Below are positions 54,222 through 62,399 of a stretch of DNA of 64,000 nucleotides, piece by piece (within the stretch, counting starts at the first letter, position 1; the number at the start of each line of letters is the position of its first letter). Source of the stretch: Chthoniobacterales bacterium (lineage in GTDB: Bacteria; Verrucomicrobiota; Verrucomicrobiia; Chthoniobacterales; Chthoniobacteraceae); contig JBBQZX010000001.1 in assembly GCA_038207335.1 (NCBI GenBank), positions 160,001-224,000 on the forward strand, in the 5' to 3' direction. The notes below the pieces were generated by a model that worked only from the letters and a program-made list of their open reading frames with translations, was not told where the DNA came from and did not search any database. Both the position numbers and the translations under genes were made by a program.

Positions 54222-54781
54222 AACTCGAGAAAGAAGAAAAACAGAAAATCGCCATCGGCGTCATCCTGCTCGTCGCGTTGCTTTACGGATACTTTGCGAT
54301 GTTGCTCGGTCCGCTTTCGCTCCAGCAGGAATCGACGAAGGCGAAAATCGTTGAACTCGAGCCGAAGCTCGCCAGTGCGAAAGCCACGATCAAATCCGCC
54401 GAGACCGCGGAGAGAAATTCGCCCAAGGCGGCTACTGCACTCGCGCAGATTTCCTCGCTCATCCCGGAAGGCGCGCCGATCGCGTGGTTTCCACCGCAGG
54501 TTTCGGAAATTTTCAAGGACGCCGGACCGGAGAAGGCAGTGACTCGCAATTTGGCGGAAGCCGCGGATAAGGACGTGCCGACCGTGCGCATCGCTTCGTG
54601 GAGCATCGACATCCCAAAGGTCGAGTTCGTCTCCTTCGCGGCGGCGCTTGCCGAGTTTGAAAATGAGGAGCCGCTCGTCCAAGTGACGAGCGTCGTCCTC
54701 GAGCCTGCCCGCGACGACGTGCAGTCGCAGCATGTGGCCTTAAACGTCAACAGCATCATCAAGACATCCGCCACGCCATGA
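54218..54781 (+). CDS. PilO/GspM-like protein
   Basis: TM, coiled coil, F..ALAEFEN...V..V; ATGA coupling. Confidence 0.6.
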   Translation: MKLEKEEKQKIAIGVILLVALLYGYFAMLLGPLSLQQESTKAKIVELEPKLASAKATIKSAETAERNSPKAATALAQISSLIPEGAPIAWFPPQVSEIFKDAGPEKAVTRNLAEAADKDVPTVRIASWSIDIPKVEFVSFAAALAEFENEEPLVQVTSVVLEPARDDVQSQHVALNVNSIIKTSATP

Positions 54782-55269
54782 TTCTCCCGCGCATCGCCTT
54801 TCTCTCACTCACGCTCGTCACCGCGGCGTCCGCCTTGGCACAAGACACGCCGCCCGGGGAAAAATACGAACTCAAAACGCGCTCGAATTTCAACCTGCCC
54901 GGCACGGTGCGGCCGCCTTTTTGGCCGATCGGATGGACGCGTCGCGATGGCAGCGCGCCGGTGCCCGGCGTGGTGGTGAAGGCGTTCGACGAAACGAGCT
55001 TCACCGTCACGAGCATCCTGCTCGGGAATCCATCGCTCGCTGTGATCAACGGCCGCGCCTACACGGAAGGCGACGTGGTGCGCACGCCGAAGCCGAAAGA
55101 CGGGAAGGAAGTGAAGGACGCCCCGGTGGCACGGATCCGTGTGCAGCGGATCCTCGACGGCATGGTCCAGCTCCAAGCATCGGATCAGACGACGATCAGC
55201 GTTCCACTGCGGCGCGCGGAGTTGTCTGAGAAAAAGCCGGGCGAGGAGCTGCTCAACGACGCGCGGTAG
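54778..55269 (+). CDS. Exported protein, PilP/GspC-like position
   Basis: Signal peptide, RPPFWP, VTSILLG..LAVINGRAY.EGD. Confidence 0.55.
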   Translation: MILPRIAFLSLTLVTAASALAQDTPPGEKYELKTRSNFNLPGTVRPPFWPIGWTRRDGSAPVPGVVVKAFDETSFTVTSILLGNPSLAVINGRAYTEGDVVRTPKPKDGKEVKDAPVARIRVQRILDGMVQLQASDQTTISVPLRRAELSEKKPGEELLNDAR

Positions 55270-55272
55270 CGC

Positions 55273-55995
55273 TCAGGATGAAGCGGTTTCGTTGAGCGCG
55301 GCGAGCACCTCGGGGTCGCGGACATCGGCCCACTCGCCGACAAGTTCATAAGCCCGCACGCGGGCTCCAGATAATGCGAGCGCGCGGATCGCATCGGTGA
55401 GTTCGTATTCGCCGCGGGGGGATTTTTCCAAGCGCGCGATGAATTCAAATATGCTCGGGCGAAACGTGTAGATGCCCGCGTTATACCATGGAGAAGTGGG
55501 CTCGCCGGGCTGCGGCTTTTCGCGGAGATCGGTCATCTCCGAGCGTTCGTTCACGAACACCGCGCCGCCTTTGGAAACGTCCTCGTTTTTCTTGATGCTG
55601 ATCATCGCCTCCGCGTCGCCCGGTGCCGCGAGAACCTTGTAATTATCAGGGTTCACGAGGATGTCGCCGTAGCTGAGGATGAACGGATCGGTGCCAGCGA
55701 AATCTTTTGCCAGCTCGACCACGCGTCCGGTCCCGTCCTGCACGACCTGCGTGACGTACTCGATGGAAACATCGAACCGCGAGCCGTAGCTGAAAAACTC
55801 CTGCACGACATCGGCACGGTATCCGACAACGATTAGAATCTGCGCCACGCCGGTCCCGCGCAGCCCCTCCACGATGTGCTGGAGAATCGGTTTTCCGCGC
55901 ACCCCGATCATCGGCTTCGGAAGCTCGTCGGTGAGTTCGCGCATGCGCGTCCCTCGCCCGGCTGCGAGCAGAACCGCTTTTTTTACGGTGCTCAT
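55273..55995 (-). CDS. Sugar-phosphate nucleotidyltransferase (NTP_transferase family)
   Basis: LAAGRGTRM..LPKPM, YGD, EKP, RGEYELTD. Confidence 0.88.
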   Translation of the reverse strand: MSTVKKAVLLAAGRGTRMRELTDELPKPMIGVRGKPILQHIVEGLRGTGVAQILIVVGYRADVVQEFFSYGSRFDVSIEYVTQVVQDGTGRVVELAKDFAGTDPFILSYGDILVNPDNYKVLAAPGDAEAMISIKKNEDVSKGGAVFVNERSEMTDLREKPQPGEPTSPWYNAGIYTFRPSIFEFIARLEKSPRGEYELTDAIRALALSGARVRAYELVGEWADVRDPEVLAALNETASS

Positions 55996-57164
55996 TTCCG
56001 CACCTCCGCGACGAATTCTCCAATGCGAGACATGGCGGTCTTGATCTGGTCGATGCCGGTGGCGTAGCAGCAGCGGACGAAGCCTTCACCGCTGGGGCCA
56101 AAGGCGGTGCCGGGGACGCAGGCGACTTGCTTTTTCTCGAGGAGGCCGAGGGAGAAGTCGCGGCTGGTGAGGCCGGTGGAGGCGATCTTCGGGAAGATGT
56201 AAAAGGCGCCGAGGGGCTTGAAGCAGTCGAGGCCGAGGTCGTTGAAGGCGCTGACGATGAAGTTGCGCCGGTGTTCGTACTCGGCGCGCATTTCTTCGAC
56301 GGCGCGCGAGCCGTGTTCGAGGGCTTCGATGGCGGCGTCCTGGGACATGGTGCTGGCGCAAAGGATGCCGTATTGGTGGATTTTCATCATGGCGTCGGTG
56401 AGCGCGGCGGGGGCGCAGGCGTAGCCGATGCGCCAGCCGGTCATGGCGAAGGCTTTTGAGAATCCGTGGAGGAAGACGCAGCGCTCACGCATGCCGGGGA
56501 GGGATGCGATGGAAACGTGCTCCGCGCCGTCGTAGAGGAGTTCGCTGTAGATTTCGTCGGTGAGGACGACGAGGTCGTGGTCGATGCAGAGGCGCGCGAT
56601 TTTCTCGAGCTCGGAGCGGGTCTGGGTGGCGCCGGTGGGATTGCAGGGAAAGTTGAGCATCACGACTTTGGAGCGGGGCGTGATGCGGGCGGCGAGGGCT
56701 TCGGCGGTGAGGCGAAAGTCGTTGTCGGCGGTGGTGGGGATGGCGACGGGGATGCCGTGGGCCATGGTGACGCTGGGGGCATAGCTGACGTAGCAGGGCT
56801 CGTGGTAGAGGACTTCGTCGCCGGGATTGATGAGAGCGCGGAGGGCGAGGTCGAGGGCCTCGCTGACGCCGATGGTGATGATGACCTCGGTGCGCGGGTC
56901 GTATGCGATGCCGAAATGTTTCTGGACGTAGCGGCAGATGGAGCTGCGGAGCTCGGGCAGGCCGAGATTGGACGTGTAGTGGGTGCGGCCTTTTTCGAGG
57001 GAGTAGATGGCGGCCTCGCGGATGTGCCACGGCGTGTCGAAGTCGGGCTCCCCGACGCCGAGGGAGATGACTTCTTTCTGCTGCGCGACGATGTCGAAGA
57101 ACTCGCGGATGCCCGATTTCGGGATGTCGCGGATGTGGTCGGCGACGAGGTTTTTGGAAAACAT
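55992..57164 (-). CDS. Class I/II PLP-dependent aminotransferase
   Basis: GEPDF, PCNPTG, DEIY, FSKAFAMTGWRIG. Confidence 0.92.
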   Translation of the reverse strand: MFSKNLVADHIRDIPKSGIREFFDIVAQQKEVISLGVGEPDFDTPWHIREAAIYSLEKGRTHYTSNLGLPELRSSICRYVQKHFGIAYDPRTEVIITIGVSEALDLALRALINPGDEVLYHEPCYVSYAPSVTMAHGIPVAIPTTADNDFRLTAEALAARITPRSKVVMLNFPCNPTGATQTRSELEKIARLCIDHDLVVLTDEIYSELLYDGAEHVSIASLPGMRERCVFLHGFSKAFAMTGWRIGYACAPAALTDAMMKIHQYGILCASTMSQDAAIEALEHGSRAVEEMRAEYEHRRNFIVSAFNDLGLDCFKPLGAFYIFPKIASTGLTSRDFSLGLLEKKQVACVPGTAFGPSGEGFVRCCYATGIDQIKTAMSRIGEFVAEVRK

Positions 57165-57172
57165 GACGATGG

Positions 57173-57320
57173 AAATTTAGGATTTAGGATTTGGGATTTT
57201 GAATTTGAAGAGGGCGGGATGCCGCGCCTTCTCCGCGAGCCGGGAGTGGTCGAGCCGCGAAGACGCGCGGCTACCGAGCTCGCGCTCCGGCGATTGAGAA
57301 TTCCAAATCGAAAATTGAAT
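57173..57320. repeat. Intergenic element bounded by inverted 7-bp repeat tracts
   Basis: ATTTAGG-ATTTAGG-ATTTGGG-ATTTTGA-ATTTGAA on the left; AATTCCAAATCGAAAATTGAA on the right. Confidence 0.6.
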
Positions 57321-57326
57321 AGGGCC

Positions 57327-57806
57327 TCATGGCGTGACGGAGAGGCGCTCGGTCTTTTCTTCGCGGAGGAGGGGGACGCCGTTCTCCTTGTAGGCTTTCA
57401 GGCGGAAGTGGGTGGCGGTGGAGATGACGCCTTTGATGGTGCTGAGGCGCTCGGAGATGAAGCTGGCAACGGCCTGCAACGTCTCGCCTTCGACGACGAC
57501 GAGGAGGTCGTACCCGCCGCTCATGAGGTAGCAGCTTTGCACTTCATCGAAGCGCGCGATGCGCGCGGCGAGTCGGTCGAACCCGCCATCGCGCTCGGGT
57601 GTGATTTTCACTTCGATGCAGGCGGTGACTGCGCAGCCGTGGCCGGCGTGGGGCGCGAGGAGAGTCTGGTAGCCGAGGATGACGCCTTCATTTTCCAGCA
57701 TGAGGATGCGCTCGGTGACGGCGGATTCTGTGGAGGCGAGTTCGCGGGCGAGGTCGGCGATGGAAGCGCGGGCGTCGCGGCGCAGGATGGTGAGGAGCGG
57801 GTCCAT
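57327..57806 (-). CDS. Lrp/AsnC family transcriptional regulator
   Basis: DARASIADLAREL HTH, YLMSGGYDL, TATHF. Confidence 0.92.
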   Translation of the reverse strand: MDPLLTILRRDARASIADLARELASTESAVTERILMLENEGVILGYQTLLAPHAGHGCAVTACIEVKITPERDGGFDRLAARIARFDEVQSCYLMSGGYDLLVVVEGETLQAVASFISERLSTIKGVISTATHFRLKAYKENGVPLLREEKTERLSVTP

Positions 57807-57987
57807 GGCGGAGGTTGAGAGTTGGAGTTGGAGTTGAGAGAAGAATGAGCGCGTGGCGAAATGGGCGGGGACGGTATGCGCGGAATTCGCGGTTGGAAAG
57901 TTCCGTTCCGTCGTCCGACTCTCAACTTCTCCAATGAGCGCTTGCGCGGGCGCGCGGCGCTTCGTTAATTCACGACCCCCTCCAGCT

Positions 57988-58575
57988 ATGATGAAGTATC
58001 GCACTTATCTGATTTTCGGCGCGCCCGGCAGCGGCAAAGGAACGCAGGGAAAGATCCTCGGTGCGATCCCGCGCTTCTTTCATTTCGCGTGCGGCGATGT
58101 CTTCCGCGCGCTGGATACGCGGACGCCGCTGGGGCAGAAATTTCTCGAATACTCGAGCCGCGGCGAGTTGGTGCCTGACGATCTGACGGTGCAGCTCTGG
58201 CAGGCGCGCATCGCGGATGTGGTGCGCTCGCATGTCTTCAAGCCGGAAATCGATGCGCTCGTGCTCGATGGGATTCCGCGCAACGTCGGACAGGCGCGGA
58301 TCATGACGGGGATCATCGACGTGCAGCGCGTGTTTCATCTGGCGTGCCCGGACCGTCCGGCCCTGATCGCGCGGCTGAAAAAGCGGGCGCTCAAGGAGAA
58401 CCGTTTCGACGATGCGAATGAGGAAGTGATCCGGCGCCGGCTCGCGACCTATGAGGAAGAGTCGAAGCCGGTGCTGGAATTTTACGGGCCGAATTTGCTG
58501 ACGGAAATCGACGCGACGCAAGCGCCGGTGAAGGTGATTTCGGAGATTTTGAAAACGATCAACGCCAGCGAATGA
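57988..58575 (+). CDS. adk: Adenylate kinase family (short, LID-less type)
   Basis: GAPGSGKGTQ, GELVPD, LDGIPRN, RFDD. Confidence 0.85.
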   Translation: MMKYRTYLIFGAPGSGKGTQGKILGAIPRFFHFACGDVFRALDTRTPLGQKFLEYSSRGELVPDDLTVQLWQARIADVVRSHVFKPEIDALVLDGIPRNVGQARIMTGIIDVQRVFHLACPDRPALIARLKKRALKENRFDDANEEVIRRRLATYEEESKPVLEFYGPNLLTEIDATQAPVKVISEILKTINASE

Positions 58576-58811
58576 GCGCTCGGCAATTCGATCAATTTCG
58601 CGCTTCGTCGCTCTACTGCGCGGCGTGTGAAAAAGCGCAACCGGTGCGCGAAAAGCTGCTGCTCGTGCTGCCGGACAAGGAGCTTTTCGACTACCTTTGC
58701 GAGGTGTGCGTCGGTGTGGTCGGGCAGCGCGAGGTGACGGCGGCGGACAAGCTGATGACCGATGCGCTTGCTGCGCGCCGCAGCGGGCAACGGCAGGTGC
58801 GGATTCTCTGA
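58572..58811 (+). CDS. Small zinc-ribbon-like hypothetical protein
   Basis: CAAC...CEVC; ATGA overlap with adk. Confidence 0.7.
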   Translation: MSARQFDQFRASSLYCAACEKAQPVREKLLLVLPDKELFDYLCEVCVGVVGQREVTAADKLMTDALAARRSGQRQVRIL

Positions 58812-58815
58812 GCGG

Positions 58816-59787
58816 ATGCGGATCGTTTTTCTCGGCACTGGCGAAATCGGCGTCCCGACGCTGCGGCTCCTGCTCGGCTCGGCGGAGCATCACATCCTTG
58901 CGTGCGTGACGCAGCCGGACAAGCCGGTCGGGCGGCGGCAGGAGTTGCAGCCGTCGCCGGTCAAGGTCGCGGCTCAGGCGCGGCACGTTCCGATTTTCCA
59001 GCCGCAGAAAATCCGCGAGCAAAGTGCGGTGGAGCAACTGCGGTATCTGCGGCCCGACGTAATCGTGGTGATGGCTTACGGGCAGATTTTGCCGGGCGAG
59101 ATTTTGCGCATTCCGACGGTGGCGTGTTTGAATTTGCACGCGTCGCTGCTGCCTCGGCATCGCGGTGCTTCGCCGATTCATGCGGCGATCGAGGCGGGCG
59201 ATCGCGAGACGGGGATCACGGTGATGTACATGGCGCAGGGGCTCGACACCGGCGACATCCTGCTCGCGAAATCGCTCTCGATCGGCCGCCGCGAGACGAC
59301 CGGCACTCTGCACGACCGGCTCGCCGAACTCGCGCCCGGCGCGCTGGCCGAGGCGCTCACGCTGCTGAAGCAAGGCCGCGCGCCGCGCACTCCGCAGGAT
59401 GATGCGCGCGCGACTTACGCGACGAAACTGACGCGCGAGAATGGCGAGATCGACTGGGCCGCGAGCGGCGAGCAAATCGACCGGAAAATCCGGGCGATGA
59501 ATCCGTGGCCGGCGGCGCACACTTTTCTCCCCACGGAAGAGGGGCCGAAGAAACTGAAGATTTTCTCGTGCATCCAGCACACACGCGACCTCGGCGCGCC
59601 GGGTCGCGTGGTGCGGGCGGACAAGCACGGTGTTCTCGTCTCGGCGGCGCAAGGCGGCGTGCTGCTGCGGGAGATTCAGCTCGAAGGGAAGAAGCGGATG
59701 AGCGCGCGGGATTTTCTGCTCGGGCATCCGATCGCGGCGGAGACAGCGCTCGGCGCGCGAGACGACTTGTGCTCCGCAGCGGAATGA
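58816..59787 (+). CDS. fmt: Methionyl-tRNA formyltransferase
   Basis: MRIVFLGT, TQPDKP.GR, NLHASLLPRHRGASPI, GLDTGD. Confidence 0.96.
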   Translation: MRIVFLGTGEIGVPTLRLLLGSAEHHILACVTQPDKPVGRRQELQPSPVKVAAQARHVPIFQPQKIREQSAVEQLRYLRPDVIVVMAYGQILPGEILRIPTVACLNLHASLLPRHRGASPIHAAIEAGDRETGITVMYMAQGLDTGDILLAKSLSIGRRETTGTLHDRLAELAPGALAEALTLLKQGRAPRTPQDDARATYATKLTRENGEIDWAASGEQIDRKIRAMNPWPAAHTFLPTEEGPKKLKIFSCIQHTRDLGAPGRVVRADKHGVLVSAAQGGVLLREIQLEGKKRMSARDFLLGHPIAAETALGARDDLCSAAE

Positions 59788-60395
59788 AGTCGGAGCGCGC
59801 GCGGCTCGAGGCAGTCGTGTCGCAGATTCGCGCCTGCGTGCTTTGTCCGAAAATGCACCGCCCGGGCGTCTCTGGCGGCGCGGTCGTGAGCCGCGTGATC
59901 AGCGTCGGACAGGCGCCTGGGACGAAGGAGCCGGTGATCGGAAAGCCGTTCGCATGGACGGCGGGAAAGACGCTGTTCGGTTGGTTCCAGCGTGCGTCCG
60001 GGATGTCGGAGGAGACGTTTCGCGCGACGATTTACATGGCCGCGGTTTGCCGCTGTTTTCCAGGAAAAAACAATGCTGGCGGCGACCGCGTGCCCGATCC
60101 GAATGAGATCGCGACATGTGATCGCTGGCTCGCCGCGGAGTTCGACATCCTGCGCCCGCAACTCGTGCTGCCGATCGGAAAACTGGCGATCCAAAGATTT
60201 CTCCCGCCCGCGATGCTGACCGACGTGATCGGGAAAAAGTTCACGCTCACGCGAGCCGGTCACACGTTCGATCTCGTGCCGCTCCCGCATCCCTCCGGTG
60301 CCTCCCCCTGGCACCGCATGGAGCCCGGAAAGACGCTGCTGAATCAAGCACTGAGGCTGATCGTGGAGCACCCAGCGTGGCCTCACGCGCTGTAG
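59784..60395 (+). CDS. Uracil-DNA glycosylase superfamily protein (Fe-S-type Cys pattern)
   Basis: CVLC, GQAPG, CRCFPG, LPHPSG. Confidence 0.85.
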   Translation: MKSERARLEAVVSQIRACVLCPKMHRPGVSGGAVVSRVISVGQAPGTKEPVIGKPFAWTAGKTLFGWFQRASGMSEETFRATIYMAAVCRCFPGKNNAGGDRVPDPNEIATCDRWLAAEFDILRPQLVLPIGKLAIQRFLPPAMLTDVIGKKFTLTRAGHTFDLVPLPHPSGASPWHRMEPGKTLLNQALRLIVEHPAWPHAL

Positions 60396-60409
60396 CCGGG
60401 ATCACCGAG

Positions 60410-61222
60410 CTACAACACCTCCAGCCACCCGGCGATTTTTGTGGCGAGGTCCGGGTCGTTCTGCTCGGCGACTAGCTGAATATTCGAGAGCATCCGATGC
60501 AGCATCTGTCGCGGTGTCGCGGGCGCGAGGTGCTCTGGTCGCAGCGCGATGCCGCGCGTCTGAAGTAGCGCCCGGCATTCCTCCAAGCCGACGCGCCGGC
60601 CACCGTGAAACGGATCGAGAAAAATCTCTCCGCAGCGCACGAGGAAATGCCCAGGAAGCGCGACGCCATCGATGGACATCCCGGCCCGGCGACCGACCAT
60701 CGTGTAGATGAGCGAGAGTGAAATCGGGATGCCGAGATGCGTATCGACGACCATCGGCAGCAGCGAGTTGTCGATGTCGTAATAGTCGTCGGCATTGCCC
60801 CGCAGGCCGATCTCGTCGGCGAGATATTCGGCGAGCGTCTCGACCGCATCGAGCGGCGTTTGCGCCTTCAGCAGACGGTGCGCGACCTCCGCGCCCCACT
60901 CGTCGATTTGGTCGCGCTCGAATCGAAAATCATCCCCCGGCATGAATGTCGCCGCGAGCCGCCAAGCCGCTTCCTCGAGATCGCTCTCGTCTGTGAATTC
61001 CGCGCACAGTCGCGCGAAAATCGTGTCTGACTCGCGCTCCTCGATCACCGCGATCACGTCGCGGACATGTCGCGCGGGGACGGCATCCGCCTCGGCGAGA
61101 AGGACACGCAACTCATCGAGAGCACCGGCACCGGCGCGCGCAAGTTGACCTTTGACGAGACCGATGGTCGCGGGGTCATCGTCCCGAAGGAGTTTAAAAA
61201 GCGCGTCTCGTTGCTCGAGCAT
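60410..61222 (-). CDS. SirB1/transglutaminase-like domain protein
   Basis: GNADDYYD.DNS, GIPISLS, GVALPGHFL, DPFHGG, RMLSNI. Confidence 0.85.
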   Translation of the reverse strand: MLEQRDALFKLLRDDDPATIGLVKGQLARAGAGALDELRVLLAEADAVPARHVRDVIAVIEERESDTIFARLCAEFTDESDLEEAAWRLAATFMPGDDFRFERDQIDEWGAEVAHRLLKAQTPLDAVETLAEYLADEIGLRGNADDYYDIDNSLLPMVVDTHLGIPISLSLIYTMVGRRAGMSIDGVALPGHFLVRCGEIFLDPFHGGRRVGLEECRALLQTRGIALRPEHLAPATPRQMLHRMLSNIQLVAEQNDPDLATKIAGWLEVL

Positions 61223-61230
61223 CGCGCACT

Positions 61231-61416
61231 TTAACCGCTGGAGATTTGAACGTCCACGACCTCTCCGGGCTCGCACTGAACGTCGAGCTGGATTGGCCGG
61301 CAGCAGACGCTGCAATCCTCGATCATCGCGTGATCGCCCTGCGATGTGTCGATGCTGAGCGGGAAAACTTCGCCGCAGTGCGGGCAGGGGATGTCGGCTT
61401 CGATGAGCAGCGCCAT
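61231..61416 (-). CDS. CPXCG motif cysteine-rich protein
   Basis: CPHCGE...IEDCSVCCRPI. Confidence 0.88.
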   Translation of the reverse strand: MALLIEADIPCPHCGEVFPLSIDTSQGDHAMIEDCSVCCRPIQLDVQCEPGEVVDVQISSG

Positions 61417-61426
61417 TCGGCGATTA

Positions 61427-61774
61427 TCAGGTTTGCAGTGCGAGGCGGGGGGCGTCGCTCCAGAGGTCTTCGAGGCTGTAAACGCCGCGTTTGTCCGCGT
61501 GGAAGACGTGGACGACGACGTCGGAATAATCGGCGATGACCCATTGGCTCGCAGGGAAGCCGTCGATCGCGGTTGGGCGGACGTTGTGCTCTTTGATGAG
61601 ACGATCCTGTAGGTCACCGATGATCGCCTTAAGATGCGGCTCGGAGTTGCCGGTGCAGATGACGAAGAAATCGGTGAAGCTCGAAATGCCGCGCAGATCG
61701 ATCGCGACGATGTGCTCCGCTTTTTTTTCAGCCGCGATGCTGGCGATGGTCTGTGCGAGTAGTTCGGATTTAAT
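61427..61774 (-). CDS. rsfS: Ribosome silencing factor, probable ATT start
   Basis: KKAEHI..DL, DFFVICTG, WVIADY.DVVVHVF, YSLEDLW; AGGAG 7 nt upstream of an in-frame ATT. Confidence 0.9.
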   Translation of the reverse strand: MKSELLAQTIASIAAEKKAEHIVAIDLRGISSFTDFFVICTGNSEPHLKAIIGDLQDRLIKEHNVRPTAIDGFPASQWVIADYSDVVVHVFHADKRGVYSLEDLWSDAPRLALQT

Positions 61775-62336
61775 AGGGAGACTCCTGGTAAAGGCGATGC
61801 CGCGCGATGATCGCGCGAACCGGCTCCGGGACGAGATACTGGATCGACGCACCGCGCGCAACCCGTTCGCGAATCTCAGTGGCGGAAATATCGACGCGCC
61901 GCGCGAGGCTCGGCATCCCATGCTCCGCCGCGCTTTCACCCCGATCGAACACGACGAATTTCACCGCGCGCTGCAGTTCGCCGATGCGCCGCCATGTGTG
62001 GAGCTTCGCGACGTTGTCGTGGCCGATGAGGTAAAATATCTCCGCGTCCGGAAATCGAGCGCGATACGTCTCGGCGGTATCGACGCTGAAGCTCGGGCCG
62101 TCGTTCGCGAGTTCGGAGTCGTCGAGCGAAAATGACGGCTCGTCGGCGATGGCGGCGGCGAGCATCTCGCGTCGCTCGGCGGCGGGCGCTGGGCGCGTGC
62201 CGGGCTTGTGCGGTGAGAGCGCGGCGGGAATGAAAATCACACGGTCGAGTTGCAACTGTTCGATGGCGTCGCGCGCCAAAATCAAGTGACCGTGATGAAT
62301 CGGGTCGAACGTCCCGCCGTACAATGCGATCCGCAT
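61770..62336 (-). CDS. nadD: Nicotinate-nucleotide adenylyltransferase
   Basis: GGTFDPIHHGH, SPHK, ISATEIR. Confidence 0.95.
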   Translation of the reverse strand: MRIALYGGTFDPIHHGHLILARDAIEQLQLDRVIFIPAALSPHKPGTRPAPAAERREMLAAAIADEPSFSLDDSELANDGPSFSVDTAETYRARFPDAEIFYLIGHDNVAKLHTWRRIGELQRAVKFVVFDRGESAAEHGMPSLARRVDISATEIRERVARGASIQYLVPEPVRAIIARHRLYQESPY

Positions 62337-62399
62337 TTCAGGTATAGAATTCCCAACTTGGCTGCCTCTGCGCCTTCGCCGTAAATATCGTGCCCGCCG

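Noticed and set aside
56466..59727. 450-aa (+) and 585-aa (-) ORFs
   Set aside because: They overlap well-supported genes (aminotransferase/lrp and adk/fmt) on the opposite strand and lack motifs.
61775..61939. Long N-terminal extension of RsfS from an upstream start
   Set aside because: It would overlap nadD by 150-170 nt and does not resemble RsfS; the ATT with an SD fits better.
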